The position numbers were made by a program, and so were the translations under genes. Shown here one piece after another: positions 1-10,009 of a DNA stretch of 64,000 bases (its first letter is position 1; each line of letters begins with the position of its first letter). The DNA lies in contig JAVCDA010000010.1 in NCBI GenBank assembly GCA_030765145.1, forward strand, positions 119,344 to 183,343, given 5' to 3'. This DNA comes from Candidatus Saelkia tenebricola. GTDB lineage: Bacteria > Omnitrophota > Gorgyraeia > Kaelpiales > Kaelpiaceae. The notes below the pieces were generated by a model. The model was not told the origin of the DNA and ran no database searches. It saw only the letters and a program-made list of their open reading frames with translations.

Positions 1-11
1 AAAGCTATGAA

Positions 12-2144
12 ATGCGGAAAGAAATCTATGGAATCACCTCCAACTGGATTCTATATTTTTATTTAAGAGGTATGACCTCCTGGGATCAAATACTTTTCTC
101 TCTTAATGAAATATCCGCAATAACAAATCTCTCTTTAAAATATCGCCTTAATTACAGCCAGGACGATCTACGCTACTGGTTTCAGCATAAAAATGAATCC
201 GGATACACCATGAAAGAGCTAGAGCAAATTTTTTATTTAATGTCCCGCACTAAAACAATTCTGATTAAATCTATAGAAGAACTATATAGAATGGATGAAA
301 TATCGCCGCACATATCAAAGTTAAAACCCTATTTAGAGGAAATCAAAAATAAAAAAATGCATCCCGGTGAGATCCAAAGATTAGCAGAAGAGATCCTCTA
401 CCCTCAAAAAGTAAGTATCAAAGACCTAATAGAAGAATATAAAATCGGGGTTTTGATTCAAGCCTTATACCTTGCTGAATTAAACATCGAACTCACCCCT
501 TATGATATTACAGAAATATTCACTTTTTTTAAAAAAGAAGGCCTTAATATAGACGACTTGATTCAATTGATTAAAACAGAACAGCTTGTATATCAAATCT
601 TAGGTAAAAACGAACTTGCTTTTATCTTCAGAGAACCAGAGCTTCGAAAATTCATCTGGCAAAACACATATAACAGAGGATGGGAATCCACCAGCCAATA
701 TTTCAAAAAATGGGCATGGAAATTAACAACCTTCTTAAAAGAATTTAAACAAGAGCATGGTAGCCATCCGCCCAAAAGATTACTATATGTTCTATTAGAC
801 CGCCACATTGTCAATGCCCCCGATTGGCAAATGAGGAGATTAATACACCAAGGGAATCTCTCCCAAGAATCCAAAAACCCTCTTATCGTCAATCTAGGTG
901 AAAACTGGAATATAAAAAGGGAGTTACTTTTCTTCTGCTATGAACATTTGCCTATAGGAATTGACGCTGACAATCTAAACTCTTTAATATACTACTTTCT
1001 CAATCTCAATTTTTATGACTACTCGCACCTATTAGAATTAGAAAAAAAATTCGAAGAAAACATGGCTCAAACTGTTATTGCAAATGGCACACCCTACTTG
1101 GAAGACAGAATGAAGAAAATCATGCCTTTGGCTTTTCCGATGCTTAGATACTTTTATCAAAAGGAAAGTGTTTTCAAAGAAAGAATCAGCGGATTTTCAA
1201 AACGGTCAAAAAACGGTTTTAAAAGTATTGTTCCCAATACGAGTTTTCAGGAGATGTTAAATTCCCCCGAGAAAAGAATCGCAATAATAAAGCGCGTCCA
1301 AGATGCCGCCCGAAAATATTATAATGTCGAACTCTCTCCCGCCAGGACATACAGTATTATCTGGAAAATGCGCGAAGGATACCAACTCGAGGATGCACTT
1401 AGAATATTCATAGGTAATTACAGGCAGCTTAAAAACATTTACAAGACATCTGCGTCTAAAGAAATAACCGGGAATATTAGCAATCTGCTCTTACACCTTT
1501 CTCAGCAGATATATTTAACACCACTTGAGATAAAAGATTGCGAAAAAATATTCCTTATTATGCGTCAGCTTCAAATCATCAAAACAATAGGTAATAATGT
1601 ATTGTTCGAGCCCTCGCAAGATTACCGTAATGCCGAGTCTATTTACTTCACGGGGCTAGAGGCAAAAGATTTAAACAAAATCACAGGATTCTTAAAAAAG
1701 ACAGACCAATACCTGCCTCAAGAACAAAGGGATACTACTCTCTACCTATGTCTGAAAAGCTTTAAATCCCAGCCTTACTACATCCCAGGCATTGCAATGT
1801 ATGATTACAAAGATTATTATGAAACCCTCGGTGAAACCGATACTCCGAATAACAAACTTATATCCTATCTCAACAAAAACAATATATCGCCTCAAGGATA
1901 CTATTATATTTACTCTTCAGCTAAACACCATGCATCGAATTTAGGACTCTCCTCTAAATTTAAAAAATATATACTGGCATTCTTACTTTACGAAAAGACC
2001 AAAGACCCTCAAATAGTAAAAATCGCTTTGGATTTAAAAACAGATGCTGAAGTTTATGCTTGCCTGAATAAAATAGATAAGATTTTGGCTAAAAAGAAAC
2101 GAACCATAATAAAAAGAAACATTTTAGAAGAATGCAGATTTTAA
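12..2144 (+). CDS. Hypothetical protein (710 aa, possibly 5'-truncated by the window edge)
   Basis: Long ORF whose frame stays open to the window start and whose end overlaps the next gene. No confident family. Confidence 0.75.
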   Translation: MRKEIYGITSNWILYFYLRGMTSWDQILFSLNEISAITNLSLKYRLNYSQDDLRYWFQHKNESGYTMKELEQIFYLMSRTKTILIKSIEELYRMDEISPHISKLKPYLEEIKNKKMHPGEIQRLAEEILYPQKVSIKDLIEEYKIGVLIQALYLAELNIELTPYDITEIFTFFKKEGLNIDDLIQLIKTEQLVYQILGKNELAFIFREPELRKFIWQNTYNRGWESTSQYFKKWAWKLTTFLKEFKQEHGSHPPKRLLYVLLDRHIVNAPDWQMRRLIHQGNLSQESKNPLIVNLGENWNIKRELLFFCYEHLPIGIDADNLNSLIYYFLNLNFYDYSHLLELEKKFEENMAQTVIANGTPYLEDRMKKIMPLAFPMLRYFYQKESVFKERISGFSKRSKNGFKSIVPNTSFQEMLNSPEKRIAIIKRVQDAARKYYNVELSPARTYSIIWKMREGYQLEDALRIFIGNYRQLKNIYKTSASKEITGNISNLLLHLSQQIYLTPLEIKDCEKIFLIMRQLQIIKTIGNNVLFEPSQDYRNAESIYFTGLEAKDLNKITGFLKKTDQYLPQEQRDTTLYLCLKSFKSQPYYIPGIAMYDYKDYYETLGETDTPNNKLISYLNKNNISPQGYYYIYSSAKHHASNLGLSSKFKKYILAFLLYEKTKDPQIVKIALDLKTDAEVYACLNKIDKILAKKKRTIIKRNILEECRF

Positions 2145-5100
2145 TTACTTCATTTAATTTAGCAGGCTGGTTCATAATTATAGTTCTTATAAAAGAACTT
2201 TTGAATGCTATTTTTGACTGTTTTGAATTCTACAGAAATACTTACATTAAAAACCCAACCGGTTGGACAAAAAGAAAATTGCGCTGGTATCTTTTAATAC
2301 ACCTACCGAATGAGCTCATAGCTTCATTGGTTGTTTTCGGCTATATATTTCTGCTATTTAACCACCGGGCATCCTGGTTATTCTTAATTGCTTTTTCAGG
2401 ATATTTGTTTAAAAAAATAATACAGGACCCAATTTATATTTTACACAGCTATTGTCTAAACTTTATCTGCAGAAAAGAAGAAATTAAACCCAGGAACACT
2501 GCCCTTGCAAATATCTTCCCTAATGCTATTTACATGCCCCACTTAGGATATTCTGAATCAGAAATTGATCAAGCTCTATCAACCTTATGTCTTTCCTACC
2601 TTAATAATAAAAATTGGAATACTTCCTTAATATACCATTCCGATAACAAAAATCCCGATTTTATACTGAAAGCCCTTAGGAAATTAAAATACCTGGCGAA
2701 AAAACTTAAAATCGATAATTTTATATTCTTGCAGCGAGATATTTCATCTCATGAAAAAAACTTCCTGGGTAAACCTGGTGCTTATCTTGCAGATTATCAA
2801 CTTTTGTCTACGGGTATAACACACCCGGTAATATACATAGAAAAAGAGTGGGATGCCAGGGTACAATTTAAATGTCAACTTGATACCGACAGCAGAATAG
2901 TTGTAGAAAAACCCCACTTACCATTTCTATTGCCGGATAAAATAGAATCCGGTTTTACACATTTTATCTATTACCCACACCCTAAACCCGGGTTCTACAT
3001 CAAAGAAAGTTTAAAACTCACTACTTCAAAAGGCAGAACCTTTTTTACAGAAGTAGAAACTAAACTACACCTGATTTCTAAAATAAACCCTAAAACCAGA
3101 TTTCTCCTTCACTTAGGCGGTATTTATACTCACAACGGTGATCTTATCTTGCGCCCAGAAGAATGGACAATACAGGCAACCGGTATAATAACACACAAAA
3201 CCACCCACCCTAAACTTCCCCTAGACCCTTATCAAATTATCATCCAAAAGACTATTTGCTTAGATGGGGTCAAGTGTTTTGTAGATAAAGATTTAAATAT
3301 TCTCAATAAAGAACTTGAAATTATCATACCTCATGGTGAATTTTCCATAAAGCACCATTATCAGCTTTATCAGCGTCAGAATGATTTCCTTTATCTTGTT
3401 GAAGACAATTTTGAACCTTTAAAAGAAAAACTAATCGGTGAGGATTTTAGAAGAGACCCTTTAAACCTACTGCATAAAATACCAACTGAGGTAATGGAAG
3501 AAATAGAAACGAGTGATGATTTCAACTATTTTGAAAAAAAACAACTTCGAAAAACAGGAATTTGGGACTCAAAAAACAGTTTTAAAAATTTTAAATTCGG
3601 CTGGGAGAAAGAATTTTTAATTAAAGATACTCTTATTAAAAACAGGTGTATTTTAAAAGGAGGCTATTATTTAATAGACGCGGATAAGATCCCGCTAGAT
3701 ATCTTCCATACCCCGAATATGGAAATTAAAACAGTACTTGCACAAGATAATATCTATGGACTTGATAAAGATGAAAAAATTCCTCTTTTAACTTTAAAAG
3801 GAGATCCTGTTTTAAACATTGATGGCAAAATACTTGTTAAAGCTCCCTATGTTGAGTTTTTTAAAGAATCCGATACAGGTTTTATCGTCAACGAAAAAGA
3901 CGGTTTTCTATATCGGTTAGGCATGCTTTATTTCTGCGGAGAAAAAAACATCTATCCTGTTTCTAAAAACGTTTGGGAATTAAAAAAACACCTCATTTAT
4001 ATTGAGCCAGCCAGCAACAATTTGATAAAGAAAACACTTATTGCAAGCCCCGGCGGTTATAAGTTAAAAAACAACTCTGTCATTTTGAAGAAAAAACTCT
4101 TGTCTAATCCTTTCTCCGTTTTTATTGAAAATAGAATGTTTAAAATTAAAGACCCCTTGAGTAATAAAATTTTATCTTTAGATAATTGCACTTTGGATGA
4201 ATACGGCATCTGGCTTGATGAAAAAGAAACTGAATTATCTTTATCGGAGCATTTAAAGTTTCAAGCTCATTATATATTCCAGGAAGAGATTATTGCAAAA
4301 CATGGAGAATACACAATTAATGACAATTTCGTAGAAACAGATGGGGTAAAACATCCTCTAGGCATTAATATTTGCCACGAAAATTCTCTTTTAAAACATC
4401 AAGGCCAAACCTTAAGAGCAAGCATATCCTTTATGATTATTAATCAAGTTGATTCTGATGGTGAATTTTTAAAAGACGCCCTCTGCGAAACAAATGCTAT
4501 ATTGACAGAGCAGCTGCTTTTAGATGAATTTGAATACGGCATGATTCAACCTGAAATTTCTTTTGCCAACTCATCAGATTCGTTATTTGCAAGGCTGCTT
4601 TCCTGGGCACATGAAGAATTTAAGTTTGCAGAACGTGCATTTTTTAATACCTATAAAGAGGGTAATTCTTACGGTAAAGTTTCCAAAGCCCTTCCTTTAT
4701 ATATAGGTAATATCCTGTTTAAAGAATCTATCCCTGCAATCGCTAGGACACATGACCACTGGGAGGCAATGCATTTAAGAACCCTTTTCCAATTCTCCGG
4801 AAAACACAAAGGTGCCCGATTAATAGAAAACGTGCCTTCCAACTTTTATAGTTTCTTAAAAAGAAAGCAAGGTTGGTTAACCGGCGATGTACTACTTCTG
4901 GAGTTGGAATCAAAAACAGGCACTCTAATAAGTCTTTTGCGCAGTATAAAATCTTTTTTATCGGGAAGAACAAAAGCTGCAAGATACTGGATTCAATATG
5001 CTCAAATTCACAGAAAGATGCTTAAACAATCTAAGAAAAATTACACTGCATTAGGATTACAAAGAATTTTAACGCTTCGAAGAACTGCTCTCTCAACAAC

Positions 5101-6502
5101 ATATCTTATGCTCTGGCTCATGCTATGCGGTTGGCTGGCATTGATAATACCCGGAAGCCTAAGCATTCAAAGCAGTTTGCTCAGTTGGATTCTATTCTTA
5201 ACATCAGTATTGCTCATTATAGTACTTCCAAAATTCTTTATTCCCTTAACAAATACTATTTTAAAAGAGATAAAAACATTTAGTGGATTCTGTTTTATAG
5301 CATTCACTATATATTCAGTTATCATTACTAATGATATTATTACCCGTCACCCTCAATCTATAGTTTACTCTGCAATTTTAGGCTACAGTTATATCTTAAT
5401 CAGAAGCCTGTTTTTGCCCCTATTCTTTATTATCTTGGGCAGCAGAAGACGTCTTCGAGTAAGGCTAGGAACACTAACGTTATTACTTCTTTGCCTATTG
5501 CTGCTTTTAAACGGCTACGATATCCTGCATTATCTTTCTACAAGTAAAAAATTTTACTGGATCACTTTGCTCTTCTTGAGCCAGCTTCCTTACGTTTGGA
5601 CATATTTAATACCGATTTATGTTATTTCCAGATTCTCTCGTTTGGGCAAAAAACTATTTTCTAACTTAAAAGAAGGCGCAAAAGAACTTTTAGCAACCAC
5701 ATCAACACTTTTGATGCATTTAGTTTACGAGCCCATTCATATCATTAGAGTATTTCTAATGCTTATCAAAAAACCTTTTTCAAAAATAGCTTGGTTTCCT
5801 CAAAGCTACTTTGACAGAATAGCAGCTAACATCACTTCCCTTCCCCGTGCCTATTGTTGTTTTTACCTGCCGCCATTATTTTGTTTGATCTTTATTATCA
5901 TCCCCTTAAAGCTGCATATTTTACCTCCTCAAATCCTTTCTTTGGGCTGGCCAATATTTATCTGGTCCTGGCTTTTAGGACCATTTTGGGCATACTGGAC
6001 ATGCAGGCACAGAAAGAACCTGCATAGAATTATTCCTTCGACTCTAATTATACGCCAAGTACTAAATCAATCTCTTGTCTTTACTGATACAAACCCTACA
6101 AAATTTAATAAAATCTTAGCAGACCTGCCTTACCAAATAGATGAGGAAGAGAAAATCAGGCTATATCTTTACTTCTTTACCGAAAAAACTCGCCTTATGC
6201 TCCCTAAAAAGAACCGAAACATATTAGACCGGATTGCTAACAAAACGGCGCGCATATCTTCTGATGCCAGAGTAACTGACTGGGAAACACTATCTGAATT
6301 CTCACGCGTAAAAATAATCAAGCAATTCCGAAAATATTTAGACAAAGATTTGCTTAAACAGATAAGTTTTTACAGTGATCTTCTTTTTAACATGCTCAAG
6401 AAAGGTTGGGCAGAAGTTGAGTGGCAAAATCTTTCCGAAACAGAGCAGTCCCAAATTATAAATACTCTGAGGCAAAAACACGCATTCAATCCCGAATTTT
6501 AA
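2132..6502 (+). CDS. Large membrane processive glucosyltransferase, Cgs/NdvB(GT84)- or OpgH(GT2)-like, with a ~500-aa insertion
   Basis: N- and C-terminal TM blocks. Ordered motifs YHSD, GKPG, QVDSD (DxD), MIQP, SYGK, THDHWE (cf. SHD..E) and ENVP..RKQGWLTGD (cf. R/QxxRW.xGD). Confidence 0.7.
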   Translation: MQILITSFNLAGWFIIIVLIKELLNAIFDCFEFYRNTYIKNPTGWTKRKLRWYLLIHLPNELIASLVVFGYIFLLFNHRASWLFLIAFSGYLFKKIIQDPIYILHSYCLNFICRKEEIKPRNTALANIFPNAIYMPHLGYSESEIDQALSTLCLSYLNNKNWNTSLIYHSDNKNPDFILKALRKLKYLAKKLKIDNFIFLQRDISSHEKNFLGKPGAYLADYQLLSTGITHPVIYIEKEWDARVQFKCQLDTDSRIVVEKPHLPFLLPDKIESGFTHFIYYPHPKPGFYIKESLKLTTSKGRTFFTEVETKLHLISKINPKTRFLLHLGGIYTHNGDLILRPEEWTIQATGIITHKTTHPKLPLDPYQIIIQKTICLDGVKCFVDKDLNILNKELEIIIPHGEFSIKHHYQLYQRQNDFLYLVEDNFEPLKEKLIGEDFRRDPLNLLHKIPTEVMEEIETSDDFNYFEKKQLRKTGIWDSKNSFKNFKFGWEKEFLIKDTLIKNRCILKGGYYLIDADKIPLDIFHTPNMEIKTVLAQDNIYGLDKDEKIPLLTLKGDPVLNIDGKILVKAPYVEFFKESDTGFIVNEKDGFLYRLGMLYFCGEKNIYPVSKNVWELKKHLIYIEPASNNLIKKTLIASPGGYKLKNNSVILKKKLLSNPFSVFIENRMFKIKDPLSNKILSLDNCTLDEYGIWLDEKETELSLSEHLKFQAHYIFQEEIIAKHGEYTINDNFVETDGVKHPLGINICHENSLLKHQGQTLRASISFMIINQVDSDGEFLKDALCETNAILTEQLLLDEFEYGMIQPEISFANSSDSLFARLLSWAHEEFKFAERAFFNTYKEGNSYGKVSKALPLYIGNILFKESIPAIARTHDHWEAMHLRTLFQFSGKHKGARLIENVPSNFYSFLKRKQGWLTGDVLLLELESKTGTLISLLRSIKSFLSGRTKAARYWIQYAQIHRKMLKQSKKNYTALGLQRILTLRRTALSTTYLMLWLMLCGWLALIIPGSLSIQSSLLSWILFLTSVLLIIVLPKFFIPLTNTILKEIKTFSGFCFIAFTIYSVIITNDIITRHPQSIVYSAILGYSYILIRSLFLPLFFIILGSRRRLRVRLGTLTLLLLCLLLLLNGYDILHYLSTSKKFYWITLLFLSQLPYVWTYLIPIYVISRFSRLGKKLFSNLKEGAKELLATTSTLLMHLVYEPIHIIRVFLMLIKKPFSKIAWFPQSYFDRIAANITSLPRAYCCFYLPPLFCLIFIIIPLKLHILPPQILSLGWPIFIWSWLLGPFWAYWTCRHRKNLHRIIPSTLIIRQVLNQSLVFTDTNPTKFNKILADLPYQIDEEEKIRLYLYFFTEKTRLMLPKKNRNILDRIANKTARISSDARVTDWETLSEFSRVKIIKQFRKYLDKDLLKQISFYSDLLFNMLKKGWAEVEWQNLSETEQSQIINTLRQKHAFNPEF

Positions 6503-6505
6503 ACA

Positions 6506-7177
6506 TTAATTTTTGACCTTGTGCAAATATTTCCTTATTATCAAAAATATAGGCAAAAGCAAAATCCCCGTAATAAATCCTCCGATATGGGCAAACCAGG
6601 CAACATTTGCAAAACCAGATTCTACTGATAGAGAAGATACCCCGTGTAAAAATTGTAAAATAAACCATAAACTGATTAATAAATAAGCAGGAAATCTAGC
6701 TGGAATAGCAATGCCTACCAATATTAAAACTACTATTCGGGAGCTCGGATAAAGCACCATATGGGCCGCTAAAATACCCGATATCGCACCTGATGCACCG
6801 ATTGTAGGACTACTTGATGCTGGATTTATAACTAAATAAATAATTCCGGCACCAATACCACACAATAAATAAAAATAAATAAATCCCATGTGCCCTACAA
6901 TATCTTCAACATTCTTGCCGAATACCCAAAGAAAAAGCATATTGAAAAGATAATGAAACCAGCCGGCATGTAAAAACATATACGTTAGGAGTGTAAAATA
7001 AAACTTAAGTTCTCCTGCAAACAACACCTTAACCGGAATACACGCTAAATTGTTTATCAAAAACTCGTGGTGCAAATTATTCTGTTGGTATAAAAAAACA
7101 ACCGTATTTAAAACAAGAATAAAAATCACACTTATTGGAAAAGTTTTATTTTTAGAATCACATCTTAACGGTAACAT
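6506..7177 (-). CDS. Rhomboid family intramembrane serine protease
   Basis: Motifs FLHAGWFHYLFNM, GASG (catalytic Ser) and AHIGG (catalytic His). Confidence 0.95.
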   Translation of the reverse strand: MLPLRCDSKNKTFPISVIFILVLNTVVFLYQQNNLHHEFLINNLACIPVKVLFAGELKFYFTLLTYMFLHAGWFHYLFNMLFLWVFGKNVEDIVGHMGFIYFYLLCGIGAGIIYLVINPASSSPTIGASGAISGILAAHMVLYPSSRIVVLILVGIAIPARFPAYLLISLWFILQFLHGVSSLSVESGFANVAWFAHIGGFITGILLLPIFLIIRKYLHKVKN

Positions 7178-7184
7178 TTAATAT

Positions 7185-7193
7185 AGTATATCA
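7185..7193 (-). promoter_or_regulatory. Extended -10 promoter (TGaTATACT) 7 nt upstream of the rhomboid ATG; probable leaderless transcript
   Basis: Minus strand reads TGA-TATACT-atattaa-ATG with no Shine-Dalgarno. Confidence 0.5.
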
Positions 7194-7228
7194 TCTAATT
7201 ATTATTTGGGAAACTACAGAGAAAACGC

Positions 7229-7675
7229 CTATCTATTTTTGCTATCTAAGATTATGGTAACAGGACCGTAATTAGTAAGCGTAATATCCATATGGGTTTT
7301 AAATATACCTTGGACGACTCTTACATTTTGTGATTTCAAATATTGAAAAAATTTATCAACCATGTCCTTTGCCTTATCCGGAACCATTGCATTATCAAAA
7401 GAAGGACGTCTACCTTTTTTACAATCCGCAAAAAGCGTAAATTGAGAAACTAAAATAACCTCTCCCTTAACATCAAGAAGTGATTCATTGAGCTTCCCTT
7501 CATTGTCTTCAAAAACACGCAGATTTATTATTTTATTTCCCAGCCATATGATATCCTCATCATTATCGCCACATCCAATTCCAAGTAATATCAAAAACCC
7601 ATGGCTAATACTACAAATTATACTCTCATTAACAACAACATTTGCATTTTTTACTCTCTGCAAAACTGCTTTCAT
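7229..7675 (-). CDS. dtd: D-aminoacyl-tRNA deacylase
   Basis: MKAVLQRV start, SQFTL, GRRPSF, NYGPVT. Confidence 0.97.
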   Translation of the reverse strand: MKAVLQRVKNANVVVNESIICSISHGFLILLGIGCGDNDEDIIWLGNKIINLRVFEDNEGKLNESLLDVKGEVILVSQFTLFADCKKGRRPSFDNAMVPDKAKDMVDKFFQYLKSQNVRVVQGIFKTHMDITLTNYGPVTIILDSKNR

Positions 7676-9174
7676 TGTAGGGAGTTTGACTCCATTTTCT
7701 TAAGACATTTTGAATAATACCCACCAGTATAAGCATCCAAAGCAGCGGTTAACTCTTCCAAATACATCATCTGCTTGATATACTCATAGCTATTTTTAGG
7801 AGTTTTGTTTAAAAGTTCATTTTTCACCCTTAATCGTTCGAAATAAAGACGGTTTACTTCATTTAAAATATCTATTCTCAATTGGGTATTAAGCCTGGCG
7901 CGTGTGTCAACATCATCTTGGTACATATTCCAAATCAAATTATCTAAATCCCAAGTTAAATCCAAACTCCAATCCCGAGGACCAATTTGAACTTTGTCAT
8001 AGCTTGCGCCTAAAGCAGTAGTCACGGTTTTATCGTATCCTAATTTAAGTTGAGGCATAAGTGCCCGATATTTCAGAGATATTCTCCAAGCCCTGATTTT
8101 TTCCGGACTCACTTCATTATAAGCCAAAGACTCTTCTTGAATCTCCTGACAACTAGGCTCATCCTTACAAAGCAATTGATACTGCCGTTCTATCAACTCT
8201 TGGGAATCCTCTCCTTCAATAAACACACCTCGCGATGTTGCGAGATAAATCTTACCTTTATTATCCATGCTGATACAATTTATCTTCCCCGTCGGCAGAC
8301 CTTCATAAATTTTCATAGCAGTACGCCTTGAGGGATAAGCTTTGAATAACCCCTCATCAGTTGCGATGTAAACAGTTTCCGGCATTGATTGAAAAATAAA
8401 ATTGATTTTTGTGTTAGGCAACCCTTGTAAATATGTTTTTATAAAACTTTTGCCTTGGTTACTCGATACAAAAAGCCCGTTATTTGTGCCCATGTAAATT
8501 TTTCTTTTATCTTTTACACCTACCTGAATAATAGAAGGGGTATTTCTGTGTTCTTCTCCCTCAGAATCTTTCTCGCCATCAACATCTATAAATACATCTT
8601 CATCCCGTGACGCTACAAAAGTACGTCGGAAATGTAGTAAATCATTACTTTCGTAAACACCCATATTAGTTGCTATGTATAGAAAAGGTTTTGAATAATC
8701 AACCCAGTAAACCTCAATTTTGCTCGACAACGTTTGGATTTTCTGAAAGTTATACACCCCCATATCTGCATGATATAATCCCTCACTTGTTCCCAAATAA
8801 ATTTTAGAGCCGATTCTCTTTACATAAAAACATTTTACATTCTGATTTCTATCTCTAAATATGTACTCGAACCTTTCTTGGTCCCTGGTAAGCAGCAACC
8901 CGGAATCTGCTGCTATAAAAAGCAGACCGTATTCTGTCGGATCAGGATATACAAAATTAATATTGCCCTCTTTTATTTTATAAATCAGCTTCCAGATGTT
9001 CGAAGCTTCTTTTTTATACAATGTATCACCTGAGGCGGCATAGATTATCTCATCATTAAAAGGATGCAACAGAAGAAAAGAAATGTCAGAATCCATTAAT
9101 CCCGAAATTTGTTCAAACTCTGCTTCTGCTGATAAAGGAAGAAACAGAATAAAAACAACCAGAATAAGCAACAT
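7672..9174 (-). CDS. Secreted beta-propeller protein with a C-terminal half-TolC(OEP)-like helical/beta segment
   Basis: Signal peptide, repeated IY(I/L)AT/GTxxGL(F/Y) blades, and C-terminal LMPQLKLGY..WSLDLTWDL..EVNRLYFER. Confidence 0.65.
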   Translation of the reverse strand: MLLILVVFILFLPLSAEAEFEQISGLMDSDISFLLLHPFNDEIIYAASGDTLYKKEASNIWKLIYKIKEGNINFVYPDPTEYGLLFIAADSGLLLTRDQERFEYIFRDRNQNVKCFYVKRIGSKIYLGTSEGLYHADMGVYNFQKIQTLSSKIEVYWVDYSKPFLYIATNMGVYESNDLLHFRRTFVASRDEDVFIDVDGEKDSEGEEHRNTPSIIQVGVKDKRKIYMGTNNGLFVSSNQGKSFIKTYLQGLPNTKINFIFQSMPETVYIATDEGLFKAYPSRRTAMKIYEGLPTGKINCISMDNKGKIYLATSRGVFIEGEDSQELIERQYQLLCKDEPSCQEIQEESLAYNEVSPEKIRAWRISLKYRALMPQLKLGYDKTVTTALGASYDKVQIGPRDWSLDLTWDLDNLIWNMYQDDVDTRARLNTQLRIDILNEVNRLYFERLRVKNELLNKTPKNSYEYIKQMMYLEELTAALDAYTGGYYSKCLKKMESNSLQ

Positions 9175-9194
9175 TAAGCACCACCTTTTTGCTC

Positions 9195-9947
9195 TTAAGA
9201 TTTGTGTACATGCTCACGATACTTCAACAAACTTAAAAACTGATAAAGGGAAGCAAAATACGCCACAACAAAACCGTAAAAACCATCTCGGAAACCTTTT
9301 TTCTTGATATAGCTTCTAAAAAATCTGTCAATACTGCGCCAAAGAAATTTACCAACCTTTATTCTCTTTCCCTGGGCAATCCATTTTTCAACCTCAAGAG
9401 TTGTTTGACGGTTTTGTTTGTTAAGAAAATCTGATATGTCTTTATAAGAATAATGAATTAAATCCGATTCTAAACGCCCTGCTTCACCATCCGTAAAAGC
9501 CACCGGATGAACGTGAGATTCCTCCCACTTAAATCGATCTTTTCTGAAAAGTTTTAACTGAGCACTGGGATACCAGCCTCCGTATTTAACCCAGTAATCA
9601 GCAATAAAATTCCTTCTGGGAATAGCAAAAGCAACTTTACTATTCGGGTTATTCAGGGTATCTGCAATCTCACTCTTCAGCTCTTCAGTTACCCTTTCGT
9701 CGGCATCAAGACTTAAGACCCAGTTATTTTTTGCCTGTTGATATGCCCAGTTCCTATGGGCTCCTTCTATGTCCATTTTCTTGACTAAAACTTTATTCGC
9801 ATAAAATGATGCAATATCACGAGTTGAATCCGCACTTTCATCGTCTACAATAATTATCTCATCTGCCCATTTATAGACGGACTGAAGACAGTCTTTAATA
9901 TTCTTCTGTTCGTTTTTAGTAAGTATTACAACTGTTAACGGTATCAT
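9195..9947 (-). CDS. Glycosyltransferase family 2 (WaaE/KdtX-like)
   Basis: Motifs TVVILTKNE, VDDESADST, LDADE, VHP and HYSY. Confidence 0.9.
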   Translation of the reverse strand: MIPLTVVILTKNEQKNIKDCLQSVYKWADEIIIVDDESADSTRDIASFYANKVLVKKMDIEGAHRNWAYQQAKNNWVLSLDADERVTEELKSEIADTLNNPNSKVAFAIPRRNFIADYWVKYGGWYPSAQLKLFRKDRFKWEESHVHPVAFTDGEAGRLESDLIHYSYKDISDFLNKQNRQTTLEVEKWIAQGKRIKVGKFLWRSIDRFFRSYIKKKGFRDGFYGFVVAYFASLYQFLSLLKYREHVHKS

Positions 9948-10009
9948 TTTTATATTGGTTATAAGAACAACACAATCTTATCAGAAAATATTAAAATTCC
10001 AAGCAGAAA

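Noticed and set aside
2830-4420. Intein as the glucosyltransferase insertion
   Set aside because: No C-terminal HN-[C/S/T] junction and no LAGLIDADG or recognisable splicing blocks.
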